Of a stretch of DNA of 64,000 nt, positions 63,817 through 64,000 are shown in pieces. The translations under genes were made by a program, and so were the position numbers. The first letter of the stretch is position 1. Each line of letters begins with the position of its first letter. This stretch comes from Capsulimonadaceae bacterium (GTDB lineage Bacteria; Armatimonadota; Armatimonadia; Armatimonadales; Capsulimonadaceae): assembly GCA_965215505.1 (NCBI GenBank), contig OZ244065.1, positions 2,272,001 through 2,336,000 on the forward strand, in the 5' to 3' direction. The notes beneath the pieces were generated by a model, which searched no databases, had not been told where the DNA came from, and saw nothing but the letters and a program-made list of their open reading frames with translations.

Positions 63817-64000
63817 TCAGAGAACAGACACCATGGGATAGGTGCGAATGGCGGCGTCCACGGTGACGAGGGTTAGTCCGTGTTGTATCGCCTGACCGAT
63901 GAGCAGACGGTCAAACGGGTCGCTATGCAAAAGAGGCAGGGCGGCGACTTGCGCTACATCTACTTCCTCAACGGAGAGGCTGATGATTTGGTGATATTCT
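63817..64000 (-). CDS. 3' part of a PIN-domain (VapC-like) toxin
   Basis: Manual translation ...LPLLHSDPFDRLLIGQAIQHGLTLVTVDAAIRTYPMVSVL*, containing the H-x-DPFDR-x-L-x-x-QA signature. Confidence 0.9.
   Translation of the reverse strand, partial: EYHQIISLSVEEVDVAQVAALPLLHSDPFDRLLIGQAIQHGLTLVTVDAAIRTYPMVSVL

Overview
A high-GC, mostly housekeeping chromosomal segment from a diderm bacterium. An Armatimonadota/Capsulimonas-like origin is inferred from gene content and protein style, not proven. Recognisable genes include nif3-like, cdaA-cdaR-glmM, an S53 protease, mreBCD, ysnF-like, ligA, vanW-like, an ABC-F ATPase, pdxT, gmk-coaBC, nnr, lptC/lptA-like genes and sucAB. I saw no rRNA, tRNA, CRISPR array, transposase or prophage gene. 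The best candidate for an undescribed system is a six-gene minus-strand operon at 42637->32755. It encodes a ~1,600-aa protein fusing an exported M28-peptidase-like domain with substituted metal ligands to a MacB/FtsX permease, an OPT-like multipass protein, an internally duplicated soluble protein, a stand-alone PqqD/RRE-like protein, a minimal FtsX permease and a LolD/MacB-type ATPase. No precursor peptide or radical SAM enzyme is visible nearby. Other notable items are a BlaI + BlaR1(M56)-HAF-propeller module with a visible operator, a degenerate PTS Enzyme I-like protein coupled to lptCA-like genes and a (GTT)n Tat lipoprotein, several REP-like repeat families, and a perfect 24-bp inverted repeat that encodes the same C-terminus in two convergent genes. 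Family assignments come from motif recognition by eye, not from database searches.
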